From a virus: DNA of 64,000 nt. Below the pieces are notes generated by a model, which was not told the origin of the DNA, did not search any database, and worked only from the letters and a program-made list of their open reading frames with translations. Below, in pieces: positions 53,101-61,637 of this stretch (its first letter is position 1; every line of letters starts with the position of its first letter). The DNA is taken from IMG/VR virus record IMGVR_UViG_3300042898_002514; one strand, written 5' to 3'. Both the position numbers and the translations under genes were made by a program.

Positions 53101-54881
53101 ACAATGCTGAAAACATCACCACCGGCACAGTGACACTGACCACAGAAGTCAGCGGATTCTTGATAGGCACATTATACTCAACCACTGCCAACAACAGATT
53201 AATCAACGGCAGTAACGAATTAGTTTTAGGTACAACAGGAACTGTGACATTGCCACAAGGCGGTACGATCACAGAAGGATATGTTACCAGCAATCCCACT
53301 ATACAACTTACACCAGCAACGCCAACGGTGGCCAGTCAGAAGTTGGTGATCAAAGGCGGCAGCAATTATAATTTCACTGACAACGGTATAACCTTAAGTT
53401 ATCAAGATAACACTGCTAACAACGGCGATAGTCTTGATTTCTATATTAACAACGCAATCACTTATGCTAACCAAACACTCTACTGGTGGATCTATCCAGA
53501 GGGTGCTGGCCTAACAACCCCAAGTTCTGGCACAATAGCACTAAATGGATCGGGTAATAGTGGAGAGGAATCTATCAGTTTTGTGGTAGACAGTGATGCT
53601 TATGAATTTACTGTGCGGGTATCACCTGAAGAAGATAATTACGATCCTGCGAATGTAGGTGTTGAATCAGGTTTGATAAACGGAGACGCACCCGCATATG
53701 GTGATCATCACTTACACTTGACCACAGGTGATTTAACAGAAACCAGTATCTTTCTGGGCACTGACGATCACAATGTGCGTACTACCACTGACGGTAAGAT
53801 ACAGATAACCACTCCTAATGATACTAACAATGTTTGGGAGTTTGACGCAACTGGTAACTTAACCATTCCAGGCAATATCCGTAGTGAAGGCAATATTGAT
53901 ATTGAGATTAATTTAAGTGATAGCACACTACGTAGATGGAGTTTTGGTGAAGATGGTAACTTAACATTACCAAATGGTATGACCATAGACAGCGAAGGTA
54001 GTTTAGGCAGTAACGCATTTGTTCGAATCGGTGGCAACAATACTCGGATCAGTATTGACGACAATGGAGCACCTCCAGGAATCGTAATGGCAACTGATAT
54101 TACCGGTACAGGTAACTATTGGTTGTTTAGTTCAGATGGTATTACATCACTACCTGGAGATTTAGAATTAAACTCTACCGGTAATATCCGCAGTGAAAAC
54201 GCTATCAACATTGAAGTCAATCTTTCAGACTCAACACTACGCAGATGGCGATTTGGTGAGGATGGCGAGTTAACATTCCCAGACAATACTGTACAGACAA
54301 CGGCTTATACTGGCAATACCACTGCGACTACTCCAACAACAACTGGTATCCCTAATGGGTTTGCCCTGGATGCTTACACTAATACTAACCTCACTCCAGG
54401 AAACTATTCCAACATACTTGTTGGGTTTGATGGCAAAAATGTTACGCTAGGAGTTCAGGTTAGCAGTGAATATAATATTACTATTTTTGGTATTACAAAT
54501 GCGTCGCCGGCTACTTTTATTATCAGTGACAGCGCCGTAATACCCGGTAATCTTATTGGCGGTGCTACACCTACTGATGACTTGACTATTACTGTAGACA
54601 GTCTAGATCTTGTTGCTATAGACCTAACTAAAACTATCAACAAACTAACAGACGGTGAGTATACGCTGGCCGACGGTGTAGAAGGTCAGATCATGTATTT
54701 GGTAAGACAGGACGGTTCAACTGCGGCAAATATATCTGTAGTAGTTGCCAACGCACGTTGGGACGGAGGTCTATTTCCAGATCAACTTGTTGTTCCATTT
54801 CAAATCCCTTTTACTGATATGGTCACAATAATCTTTACAGACGGTGCTTGGCAAGCAAGCACATTTGGCAGTTTAACTTAA
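47199..54881 (+). CDS. giant modular tail fibre (2560 aa)
   Basis: gp9/10-like N-term; repeated W.F..DG.L.LP units; beta-propeller-like segments. Confidence 0.85.
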   Translation: MAKQNINVGTTANDKKGDSLRAAFQKVNANFTELYTALGINADVNLNIGAFEFTGSTLSTTDSTPVVIDQATTITSNLTVGGDMLPSVANGGDLGSSTLPWRSLYVSNNTIFLGGTALSVDSQGNLLVGGQFIADVGTAAWNSITGKPTFATVATTGAYADLTGKPTIPTSFDSLVNGANTVSLGSDGKLTLPNGSTIGDADTSAGVPITTARGTILLGNLAECAGGESHFHIMKGGQQAIDLFLGDDSNYVKLPSTGGVEIATQNFNQYSWIFSTDGNLTIPGDIRSEGNINIDINLSDSTLHRWQFGEDGELTFPNGGQISNYPGGVGVSNDSWFVTPDNGTGGISSQDGQQYIQINDNLHVEIGTSYGTENESIWQFGLDGNLTLPVGGDILDSTGTSVLGVGGTGDSLTSNNDINITVNSEDSSSYTWNFGQTGDLTAPGDIVVGGVDGGHIYIDSTEGANTSVRWINMPVNEDASIIRAYTGNPDEETGLNRGRIQLAWQDSDRSGLRIISYDRTDSEDTVEHEWTFQGDGGLQFPDGTTQTTAYTGGGGNANTGDFTFSEDTITNGDGLILSTNRGTLAMGTDMEVPGVAQHFHIAFDGSNSNPPASDLFLGDDHNYVKLPGYELNPTAQFGVEIGTDNRNLGPQNIEVGTVDELVPPGGVWRVFIDHETYPNLGSAVSVGDTVTTSWGTPITATITDVVEEPGNWWKIHVAQDITAGFLDEGETVSFGASGDSHVWRFGTDGDLTIPGDIKSENDINITVNSEDSSSYTWNFGQTGILTAPDDIVTGTNGGRFVQDCADGTTSMRWINVEVDEDSTQLIRAYSGEGDSDERAQIKLNWQDEDRSGLTIRSFDRTDTEDTVSHDWKFQGDGSIEFPDGSIQTTAYTGQNSGAIGTFFVVVNEDGTVSKSTDGVTWTTAVDLVQGIGRVATNGVTVAMIQSDQLSWTTFAGLEASTYVSGSSGTADEIGGQDIDWNQIDYAGGYFVAVGSYTPTGSSFTQGVYGYSTDGRIWAFLTVDQTVVEFFGNDPVDSDWEFSDVDYNGVGWMFSVGDNESGDANGGGVYITDLTATVTSARCFSMNITYRAAWNGSAWYMEGEDSIAGVNTNLDPRNGTFAGPIDPWATDIQDLGIDAGDTVETAGGNGYLAAGDGDGHVAWSDDNGQTWQIVTPIPYTRTISAITQASPPQVTFSGSGNNGTSGEKVVISGSSVSGYNGTFYWKSADNSLYTDQILDTPFDTSGLAPFTGTATLTWSNGTYIDAMDYINGYFYIGNDDEQIARTTDFVSWTILDDQSSSEFDYWNDIAGFVGTGGDIGDIVVEVEEGTTTLTLANKDFTLETTRTGTQDADINLTAADDIWIEANGNDISLSAADQVRINTGWSTNDDPEEYPTWTFDNVGDLTIPGNIKSEGNINLDINLSDSTLRRWTFGEDGNLNLPTGGDILDSEGNSVLGGATGDANVWVQTFETQNGAPTDIVSLAISVEYDSAGNVIALFNHFNDDGGGSSYYSVGKYTTTGAKIWTARFDDEFYTDGWGLAVDNDSNSIYVAGETDVEGQDNATLTKIDSTDGSVLWSKIYDFGFSSQSSVVDVASDGDPVMVGYAYNGTDDYVATTKVDAADGSVIWSRALDGQADEEAYGMAVGPTGEVVAIGYMEQLGILDAAETLYADPVSNANWTINQTGVLAGALGFDVSFAAGVPTFANISDTAGGRTVDDTVATILGSILGGADGVDDMVVKVATLAANNTDNHMLVVKYNSAGSIQWQKAILFDEGFDCRGADADIDSAGNIYVTGSYEYSFESYTTSALSILKLDGTGAKQWSRRVTGDCDTFGVSVVVGADDKLYLSAMTGNDANSEYTWVAAKYGIDGTVEWQRLIDNTTGWSFAGNIFGADGGGSNIAVKDGYVLLGGGFGNLPEDFPQATVVQVSAAGDVFTVGDWDFKAASFSGVLSADASDITVVNAGKTDTDNAENITTGTVTLTTEVSGFLIGTLYSTTANNRLINGSNELVLGTTGTVTLPQGGTITEGYVTSNPTIQLTPATPTVASQKLVIKGGSNYNFTDNGITLSYQDNTANNGDSLDFYINNAITYANQTLYWWIYPEGAGLTTPSSGTIALNGSGNSGEESISFVVDSDAYEFTVRVSPEEDNYDPANVGVESGLINGDAPAYGDHHLHLTTGDLTETSIFLGTDDHNVRTTTDGKIQITTPNDTNNVWEFDATGNLTIPGNIRSEGNIDIEINLSDSTLRRWSFGEDGNLTLPNGMTIDSEGSLGSNAFVRIGGNNTRISIDDNGAPPGIVMATDITGTGNYWLFSSDGITSLPGDLELNSTGNIRSENAINIEVNLSDSTLRRWRFGEDGELTFPDNTVQTTAYTGNTTATTPTTTGIPNGFALDAYTNTNLTPGNYSNILVGFDGKNVTLGVQVSSEYNITIFGITNASPATFIISDSAVIPGNLIGGATPTDDLTITVDSLDLVAIDLTKTINKLTDGEYTLADGVEGQIMYLVRQDGSTAANISVVVANARWDGGLFPDQLVVPFQIPFTDMVTIIFTDGAWQASTFGSLT
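48447..49543 (+). repeat. 62-bp direct repeat within tail fibre (48447-48508 and 49482-49543)
   Basis: gacatcaacatcacagtcaacagtgaaga...ggacagac, one mismatch. Confidence 0.85.
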
Positions 54882-54909
54882 ACGGTAAATATACTAAAGA
54901 GAGCGAAAT

Positions 54910-55458
54910 ATGGCCATACAAGAAATTAATTTAGGTAATGTAGTCAATGACGGACTAGGTGACGACCTACGATCAGCTTTTCAAAAGGTTAACGCTAACT
55001 TTGCAGAATTATTAACCACCTTTACTTTAACTGGTGCAAATACTCAAGAAGTAGGCGCTAAAGTTTTTAAAGAAAAAACAGGTAGCATATTAAAATTTAG
55101 AAATTTGATATCTGGTACAAAAATTGTTGTCACAGAATTTGACAACAGTATTGAAATTCGTTCCACACAACCAGATGCTTTTACCAGTATTACTACTAAT
55201 GCAGGAATAGTACAGGCAGGAGATAATACCAATATTGCCATCCAAGGCGGAAACAATATCACAGTTACAGGATCTACTCCATATATCACTGTTGATACCA
55301 ACTTGGATCTAAATGCATTACTGTTAGGTTTTGATTTTGGGCCTGTTGGCAATCAATATACCACAGCTCTGCAGGTGCTATCCGCTGCTGCCAATGTGGA
55401 CTTTGGTACTTTTCCAACACCTGGACCATTTAACATAGACCTTGGCACATTGGCCTAA
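54910..55458 (+). CDS. baseplate-associated structural protein
   Basis: INLGNVVNDGLGDDLRSAFQKVNANF. Confidence 0.8.
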   Translation: MAIQEINLGNVVNDGLGDDLRSAFQKVNANFAELLTTFTLTGANTQEVGAKVFKEKTGSILKFRNLISGTKIVVTEFDNSIEIRSTQPDAFTSITTNAGIVQAGDNTNIAIQGGNNITVTGSTPYITVDTNLDLNALLLGFDFGPVGNQYTTALQVLSAAANVDFGTFPTPGPFNIDLGTLA

Positions 55459-55467
55459 GGACAGCCA

Positions 55468-58101
55468 ATGATTACTTGGATTACTCCAGCTGGCAGACTA
55501 AACATAGTAACCGAAAGGATTATTCTAGATATTCCTCTAGAAGCAACATCCAGTGTTGGTCCTATTACATTTACCTTGCTGGCAGGCTCATTGCCTAGAG
55601 GGCTAAGACTAGACACAGTGGTAACCACAGATAGTTCTCAGGGCACGGTGTTTATCAAGGGCAGTCCCACAGAAGTAGAAAAATACACAGTCAGCAGATT
55701 TGTAATTCGTGCAGACGACGGAGAAGACATTGAAGATCGAACTTTCAGCATCGATGTTGACGGTTCCGATGAACCAGCTTGGTTGACCAAAGAAGGGTTC
55801 TTGAATGTAGGTTCAGGTGAAAATTATTTTGTTCTCGATAATGCGTTTGTGGATTTCCAGCTAGAAGCAGAAGACACAGATGAAAGCATCGGTGATGTAC
55901 TAGAATACTATCTTGTGCCGTCGGGTGGGGAATTACCTCCTGGTCTAACACTAACACGCCAAGGAAGACTATTTGGATTCACTGATCCGGTGTTTGCGCT
56001 AGATGTGGCAGGTCCAGGTGGATATGATACTGAAGCATTTGATATCACAGCACTGGATGTAGCTGAAGCCAAAAGCAACGGATTTGATTCCTATCTCTAT
56101 GACAATGTCACCTATGGTTACACCGAGGCCAGTCAAACTCCTAGACGACTAAGTAGATTCTACACGTTTATTGTTGCTGTGTCAGACGGCGAAAATGAAA
56201 TAAGAAGATTGTTTAGAATTTGGGTGGTCACTGAAGAATTCTTGCAGGCGGACAACAGTATACTACAGATCGATACCAATCTGTTCCGAGCTGATGCTTC
56301 AAGTGATCGTAAACCAATATGGATTACTGAAAGCAATCTAGGTAGACGAAGAGCCAATAACTACATCACAGTTTATCTAGATGTTTATGATCCTCCTTCA
56401 CTTGCCGGCACTATTACATATATATTTTTGCCTACCAACGGTGGCACCTACAGATACAAAGATACCGGGGAAATAATTACCACTGGCCGATGGGAACTTA
56501 GTTCAGAAACTGTGTACTTTCCAGTATCGAATATTAGAACCAATGATCCTGATGACTGGACTGTGATCATACCGGAAACTGTGAGCCAACTGCCTCCGGG
56601 CATGGTGATTGATTCTATCACTGGTGAAATAGCTGGTCGAGTGCCTTATCAAAGTGCTGTAACCAAAACGTATCAATTTACCGTACAGGCTATTAATTAT
56701 CCTGCCACTCTGTCCTCGTTGGTCTACACAGTGTTGCTGGGCAGTTGGAGTTCTACTTTTAACTATACCATAGGTCAGGCCGTGAGGTATGGAGATTTTA
56801 TCTACATAGCTGTGCAAGCCAGTAGAAATCAATTTCCAGATGCATTGGACAGCATATATTGGACCAAGGGTGTTTCAACTGTTGAAAAAATATTCAGTAT
56901 AGACATCATTGGTGAAATTGAAAGCAGTATAGAGTGGATATCCGACAGTGATCTAGGAACCATAGTTCCCAATCAACCCAGTCAGAAGTTTGTAGAAGCT
57001 AGAAGTTTGAGATACGGTGGCAGAGTGATCTATGAAATTGCCACAGGCACACTGCCGCCAGGATTAGACTTTCAGTCCACGGGTATCATAATCGGCAAGG
57101 TAAAACAATTTGGTGATGACAACGGGCCTGGCCTCACTAGATTCTACGAAAGAATTGACAGTTTGAATCCCAGTGAAGATAGTTCTACACTGTCTAGAAA
57201 CTATACTCCAGCATTTGATAACAACACCAGCTTTGACAAAACATTTAAATTTGAGATCATAGCCAAAGATTCTGCAAATTTTGCAGAATCGTTAAAAGCA
57301 TTCACGATGCTGGTGGTAGCAGACAACACAAAAACTTTCGCCAACCTGTATCTTAAAGCATTTCAGACCAAGGATAAAAGACTGAATTGGTTTAATTTTA
57401 TCACGGATAACAATATATTTAGATCCGATGATTTATATAGACCCGGTGATACCAATTTTGGCATACAGACAGAATTAAAAATACTGGTGTTTGCTGGCAT
57501 TGAAAGTGTTGAAGCTGTGAATTATGTACAGGCCATGAGTCGAAATCACTATCGCAAGCAGATACGTTTTGGCAATCTACAGTATGCGGAAGCCAAAGAT
57601 CCCGTCACTCAAGAAACTTTGTATGAAGCAGTTTATGTGGAAGTTGTAGACGAATTTGAAAAAGATGGTAAAAGTATCAGTCAAACAGTAGAGCTTCCTA
57701 ACAATATCAACAGCAAGGTGCTTGTAAGTTATGACACCATAAAGATCGACAGCAATATACCTTTGATCAGCGACAGCGATCATCAAAGAGTGTTTCCCAA
57801 CAGTTTTAAAAATATGCGAAGTCGTATAAAAACTCTAGGAGAAAGAGACCGCACATTCCTTCCACTATGGATGAGAAGTATACAAAATCAAGCGTTTGTG
57901 GAAGCTGGATATGTTAAAGCTCTAGTTCTTTGTTACAGTAAACCTGGATCAGGGGCCAAGATAATTTCCAGAATAAAGCAGACCAACTTTGATTTTAAAT
58001 CAATAAATTTCACCGCAGATAGGTATCTGATTGATGTGCTGGACGGTGTCATTGAGAATAAATATCTAGCATTTCCGCAACGTGGAGAAAAATTACCGTG
58101 A
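55468..58101 (+). CDS. Ig/cadherin-like repeat structural (baseplate wedge-like) protein
   Basis: Repeated G.LP.GL.L....G..G units. Confidence 0.75.
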   Translation: MITWITPAGRLNIVTERIILDIPLEATSSVGPITFTLLAGSLPRGLRLDTVVTTDSSQGTVFIKGSPTEVEKYTVSRFVIRADDGEDIEDRTFSIDVDGSDEPAWLTKEGFLNVGSGENYFVLDNAFVDFQLEAEDTDESIGDVLEYYLVPSGGELPPGLTLTRQGRLFGFTDPVFALDVAGPGGYDTEAFDITALDVAEAKSNGFDSYLYDNVTYGYTEASQTPRRLSRFYTFIVAVSDGENEIRRLFRIWVVTEEFLQADNSILQIDTNLFRADASSDRKPIWITESNLGRRRANNYITVYLDVYDPPSLAGTITYIFLPTNGGTYRYKDTGEIITTGRWELSSETVYFPVSNIRTNDPDDWTVIIPETVSQLPPGMVIDSITGEIAGRVPYQSAVTKTYQFTVQAINYPATLSSLVYTVLLGSWSSTFNYTIGQAVRYGDFIYIAVQASRNQFPDALDSIYWTKGVSTVEKIFSIDIIGEIESSIEWISDSDLGTIVPNQPSQKFVEARSLRYGGRVIYEIATGTLPPGLDFQSTGIIIGKVKQFGDDNGPGLTRFYERIDSLNPSEDSSTLSRNYTPAFDNNTSFDKTFKFEIIAKDSANFAESLKAFTMLVVADNTKTFANLYLKAFQTKDKRLNWFNFITDNNIFRSDDLYRPGDTNFGIQTELKILVFAGIESVEAVNYVQAMSRNHYRKQIRFGNLQYAEAKDPVTQETLYEAVYVEVVDEFEKDGKSISQTVELPNNINSKVLVSYDTIKIDSNIPLISDSDHQRVFPNSFKNMRSRIKTLGERDRTFLPLWMRSIQNQAFVEAGYVKALVLCYSKPGSGAKIISRIKQTNFDFKSINFTADRYLIDVLDGVIENKYLAFPQRGEKLP

Positions 58102-58841
58102 GCAATATCAATTACGTCAGTATAAACGAAAACTTTCCTGTAGCAGGGCAAGACAACGACACACAGGTGTTCAGAGACAACTTTGACACAATCAAAACTA
58201 GCCTACGCTATGCCAAAGAAGAATTGGAAGTTTTCCAAAGTTCTACCACTGGCGCAGCTAGATTAAATCAAAGCAACGATTTTAATCAAAATGTCATATC
58301 CAATGCTGTTTTGCAAGGCAATCGAGATGCTCTGTTTGATGGTGGAAATTATAATCAATCAACATTGGATGTAACCTATACCAATGGTGCATATCAAATT
58401 TACAAATTTGCTGCGCCTGTTGAACTAAACTTTCTTGAATTTCCAGAAAACGAAACTCCACCAGGTGTTGGCAAAATCACATTGGAATTGTATAGTGACA
58501 GTGTTACTTCGCGTACTATTACTTTTAAAAGTATTGGTGGGTTGGTCTATAAGAAAAATGCTGCATTTCCGGGCACACTAACTGTAGCATCAGCTGATAA
58601 TCCAGTCATTATAGAAGTTTGGAGATACAAATCTGGCACAATATTTCTAAATTATCTCGGAGTATCAAAAACTACTCTGAGCGTTTTTGATCAAACTTCC
58701 AAACTTGTATCATTAACAACAGGAGCTAGAGATGCCGCCGCCGCAGATGCGGCAGTTGGTTATTTGATTTACAATACAACTACTAGTAAGGTTCAAGTTT
58801 GTGCAAGCATCGGTCCAGTAGTTTGGGTCGACCTCAACTAA
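58098..58841 (+). CDS. structural protein
   Basis: FPVAGQDNDTQVFRDNF N-term; GYLIYNTTT C-term. Confidence 0.7.
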   Translation: MSNINYVSINENFPVAGQDNDTQVFRDNFDTIKTSLRYAKEELEVFQSSTTGAARLNQSNDFNQNVISNAVLQGNRDALFDGGNYNQSTLDVTYTNGAYQIYKFAAPVELNFLEFPENETPPGVGKITLELYSDSVTSRTITFKSIGGLVYKKNAAFPGTLTVASADNPVIIEVWRYKSGTIFLNYLGVSKTTLSVFDQTSKLVSLTTGARDAAAADAAVGYLIYNTTTSKVQVCASIGPVVWVDLN

Positions 58842-59074
58842 TGTTCCATCCACTTGAAGAAGATCTCAGTCTACTCAAAGACAGTGAAGTTGAATTAAAA
58901 CTTCAAGAATTGACTAGAAAATATTTTTTGGCCGCTAGAATGGGCAAAAATGAGATGTTGACACAACTGTCTACGTTTGTTACAATATATAAAGAGGAGC
59001 TATCAAAGAGAATGTTAGCTAAGACTCAAGGTACTTACGATACAGATTTGAATACACTTATAAATGTGGACTGA
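58841..59074 (+). CDS. hypothetical protein
   Basis: TAATG-coupled MFHPLEEDLS... Confidence 0.7.
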   Translation: MFHPLEEDLSLLKDSEVELKLQELTRKYFLAARMGKNEMLTQLSTFVTIYKEELSKRMLAKTQGTYDTDLNTLINVD

Positions 59075-59534
59075 AGATAATACTCAAGAAGAACTTGTAA
59101 AAGGCGTACTCCGACACGGGCCAGCTCTGCTTGACCTGTGTCTAAGTTCTGCAGATCTGTCAAAATACATTGATACCATTGTTGCTGAACATCTAGACTA
59201 TCCAATTCCCACAGACTCAATAGATTCCAACAATTGGTTTATCCCTAGAGCATATCAAGAGATGGACATAGAAACATTTCTCTTGGAAAATAGTCCTGAA
59301 TCAAATCACCCAAGAATCATACAGGAAATAGAACTGTATAAAAAACACAATATGATTTTGATGCTCAAGACCATGAAATATATTGTGGACACACTTAGAA
59401 CTAATAATGTGATTTGGGGTGTTGGGCGAGGATCCAGTGTGGCCAGTTATGTGCTTCACATCATAGGTGTACACAAGATAGACAGTGTTAAATACAATCT
59501 ACCAATAGAAGAATTCTTTAAAGGAGAAAAATAA
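59064..59534 (+). CDS. DNA polymerase III alpha (DnaE) fragment
   Basis: WGVGRGSSVASYVLHIIGVHKID..KYNL..EEF matches the DnaE GRGS motif region; only 156 aa. Confidence 0.75.
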   Translation: MWTEDNTQEELVKGVLRHGPALLDLCLSSADLSKYIDTIVAEHLDYPIPTDSIDSNNWFIPRAYQEMDIETFLLENSPESNHPRIIQEIELYKKHNMILMLKTMKYIVDTLRTNNVIWGVGRGSSVASYVLHIIGVHKIDSVKYNLPIEEFFKGEK

Positions 59535-59761
59535 TGGCTAAAGCATATCGTACAATGAGAGGACGTGAAGTTGATTTTGAAAAACTAAGTCTACGGAACG
59601 AAAATACACCAGCAGTGGGTAATATGAGAGTGAACGCTCGAGGTGACGAACTAGGAGCAGGTGGCAAGATTATTAAAACTAGAGAACAAATTCTAGCAGA
59701 CTACTATCAAAACAATCCACGCTCAGTAGACACAGTTGGTGTCACCGGTAATAAAAAATAA
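59534..59761 (+). CDS. hypothetical protein
   Basis: AVGNMRVNARGDELG..G motif. Confidence 0.7.
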   Translation: MAKAYRTMRGREVDFEKLSLRNENTPAVGNMRVNARGDELGAGGKIIKTREQILADYYQNNPRSVDTVGVTGNKK

Positions 59762-59770
59762 AAGAAATCT

Positions 59771-60193
59771 ATGACATTTGCATTCGCACCTAAAAAAATC
59801 AAAGTTCGAGCCCTGGCCAAAGACATTTTGGTTGTTGATATGGACATGGGTGACATGACCACATCCAGTGGTATTGTCATTCAAAGCGACGATGGTAAGG
59901 CTCACGGAGTAAAACCCCGTTGGGCAAAAGTTTATAAAGTCGGTAGTGAAGTAGATATAGATGTTAAAGTTGGACAGTGGGTGTTGATCGAACACGGTCG
60001 GTGGACTAGAAAAATTAACATTGACGACGGCGAAGGTGTCAAGGACTTCCAGAAAGTAGAAATCAAGTCTATCATGGCGGTAACTGATGAAAGACCCAAT
60101 GACTTTTATATCGGTAAAGAATTTAGTAACGGCAGCAGTATGACTATTTCACCTGATGACTTTATGCCCGGCAACTTATCTAAAATTGGATAA
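59771..60193 (+). CDS. groES: co-chaperonin GroES-like protein
   Basis: TTSSGIVI...AKVYKVG...DVKVGQWVL. Confidence 0.75.
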   Translation: MTFAFAPKKIKVRALAKDILVVDMDMGDMTTSSGIVIQSDDGKAHGVKPRWAKVYKVGSEVDIDVKVGQWVLIEHGRWTRKINIDDGEGVKDFQKVEIKSIMAVTDERPNDFYIGKEFSNGSSMTISPDDFMPGNLSKIG

Positions 60194-60429
60194 TGGGGTT
60201 TAAGAAGAACTGGGAAGTAGGTGATATTACTTCTCAAGTACACAGTCTTGCTAGAGAAATCTCTAGTCCGTATAATGACGGATACACACAATGGCACTGC
60301 AAACAAGATCTATATCAAATCAAAGAAGTCATAGATGCGGCCATTCGAAGCTCTCCTACATTTGCTGGAGAACAGGAGTGGTTGCAAGAACAAGAAAAAA
60401 AGCGTATAATTAAAATACTTAAACAATAG
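60193..60429 (+). CDS. hypothetical protein
   Basis: TAATG-coupled 78-aa ORF. Confidence 0.7.
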   Translation: MGFKKNWEVGDITSQVHSLAREISSPYNDGYTQWHCKQDLYQIKEVIDAAIRSSPTFAGEQEWLQEQEKKRIIKILKQ

Positions 60430-60437
60430 GAATTGTT

Positions 60438-61226
60438 ATGCGTATAGGTATTATAGGGTTTGGCTTTGTGGGTCAAGCTATTGGATGGAGTTATCAACAC
60501 AAAGCTGAATTAGTTATTAGAGATCCAAAATTAGTAGATTCTGCATCTCTAGATCAATTTGTAGACTGTGATGCTATTTTTATTTGCGTTCCGAGTCCAT
60601 CAACTGAAGACGGTCATTGTGATACAACTATTCTAGAAGACACTCTAAAAGAATTGTTGTTTGTAAACATCAATAAACAAATTCCCATTATCAGCAAGGT
60701 CACTGCTCCACCTAGTGTCTATACTCGTTTACAACAAGAATATCCCAACTTGGTCTACTGTCCGGAGTTTTTAACTGCGGCCAATAATGTTGCAGACTAT
60801 GCTAACTCAAACTACTTTGTACTTGGTGGCAACTACGATTGGTGTGTTAAAGCTAGAACAGCAATTCATCAAGGTGTTCCATTAGTACATAACAAGTTTA
60901 CTATAGTAGATATAAAAACTGCTTCACTGTACAAGTATATGATGAACACCTATCTAGCAACTAAAGTAACGTTTATGAATGATTTTAAACTGTTAGCAGA
61001 CGCAGAAGGAGTTGCTTGGGACGATTTAAAGCATCTATCAAAAGCAGATAATCGAATTGGTAATACACATATGAATGTTCCCGGACCTGACGGACAATAC
61101 GGTTGGGGAGGTGGATGCTTTCCTAAAGATGTTGCTGCTATAATAATGGAAGCCATTGATAAGAACATAGACTGTGATCTGTTAGATAGAGTAGAAACAA
61201 TTAACAAAAAACATAGGAAATTATAA
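60438..61226 (+). CDS. ugd: UDP-glucose/GDP-mannose dehydrogenase family protein
   Basis: IGFGFVG, CVPSP, PEFL, KY..NTYLA.KV.F.N, GGGCFPKD. Confidence 0.9.
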   Translation: MRIGIIGFGFVGQAIGWSYQHKAELVIRDPKLVDSASLDQFVDCDAIFICVPSPSTEDGHCDTTILEDTLKELLFVNINKQIPIISKVTAPPSVYTRLQQEYPNLVYCPEFLTAANNVADYANSNYFVLGGNYDWCVKARTAIHQGVPLVHNKFTIVDIKTASLYKYMMNTYLATKVTFMNDFKLLADAEGVAWDDLKHLSKADNRIGNTHMNVPGPDGQYGWGGGCFPKDVAAIIMEAIDKNIDCDLLDRVETINKKHRKL

Positions 61227-61591
61227 TGAATCCTTTTAGAGACCAAGAAAAGTTTATGCGAGCCTGCGACCAAACTGTCGACAAGTTCGATGAAAAACAA
61301 TACGCAATGTATGTTAAACTAATCGACGAAGAGCATCAAGAATTACTAGAAGCCACACTGGCAGAAGATAGAGTAGAACAACTAGATGCACTTATCGATA
61401 TCTTAGTTGTCACCATTGGCGCTATCCACAGCATGGGTGCGGATGCTGAAGGTGCTTGGAAAGAAGTCATGAAAACCAACTTTGCCAAGATTGATAAAGA
61501 GACTGGCAAGGTTCGTAAACGTGAGGACGGCAAGGTATTGAAACCCGTAGGGTGGGTGCCGCCGGAGTTGGCTCTTTTTGTGAGCAAATAA
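61226..61591 (+). CDS. MazG-like/all-alpha NTP pyrophosphohydrolase
   Basis: EEHQEL..DALID....VMKTNFAK..REDGKVLKP. Confidence 0.85.
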   Translation: MNPFRDQEKFMRACDQTVDKFDEKQYAMYVKLIDEEHQELLEATLAEDRVEQLDALIDILVVTIGAIHSMGADAEGAWKEVMKTNFAKIDKETGKVRKREDGKVLKPVGWVPPELALFVSK

Positions 61592-61594
61592 CTC

Positions 61595-61631
61595 AAAGGG
61601 TCTAGACAGACCCTTTCTTTTTGTATATAAT
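61595..61631 (+). promoter_or_regulatory. terminator hairpin overlapping a sigma70 promoter
   Basis: aaagggtct/agacccttt + T-tract; TAGACA(61603)-17-TATAAT(61626); ATG 7 nt later. Confidence 0.65.
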
Positions 61632-61637
61632 ATTATT

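Noticed and set aside
38801-58151. Many minus-strand ORFs within structural genes
   Set aside because: Antisense shadows of long, clearly coding plus-strand genes.
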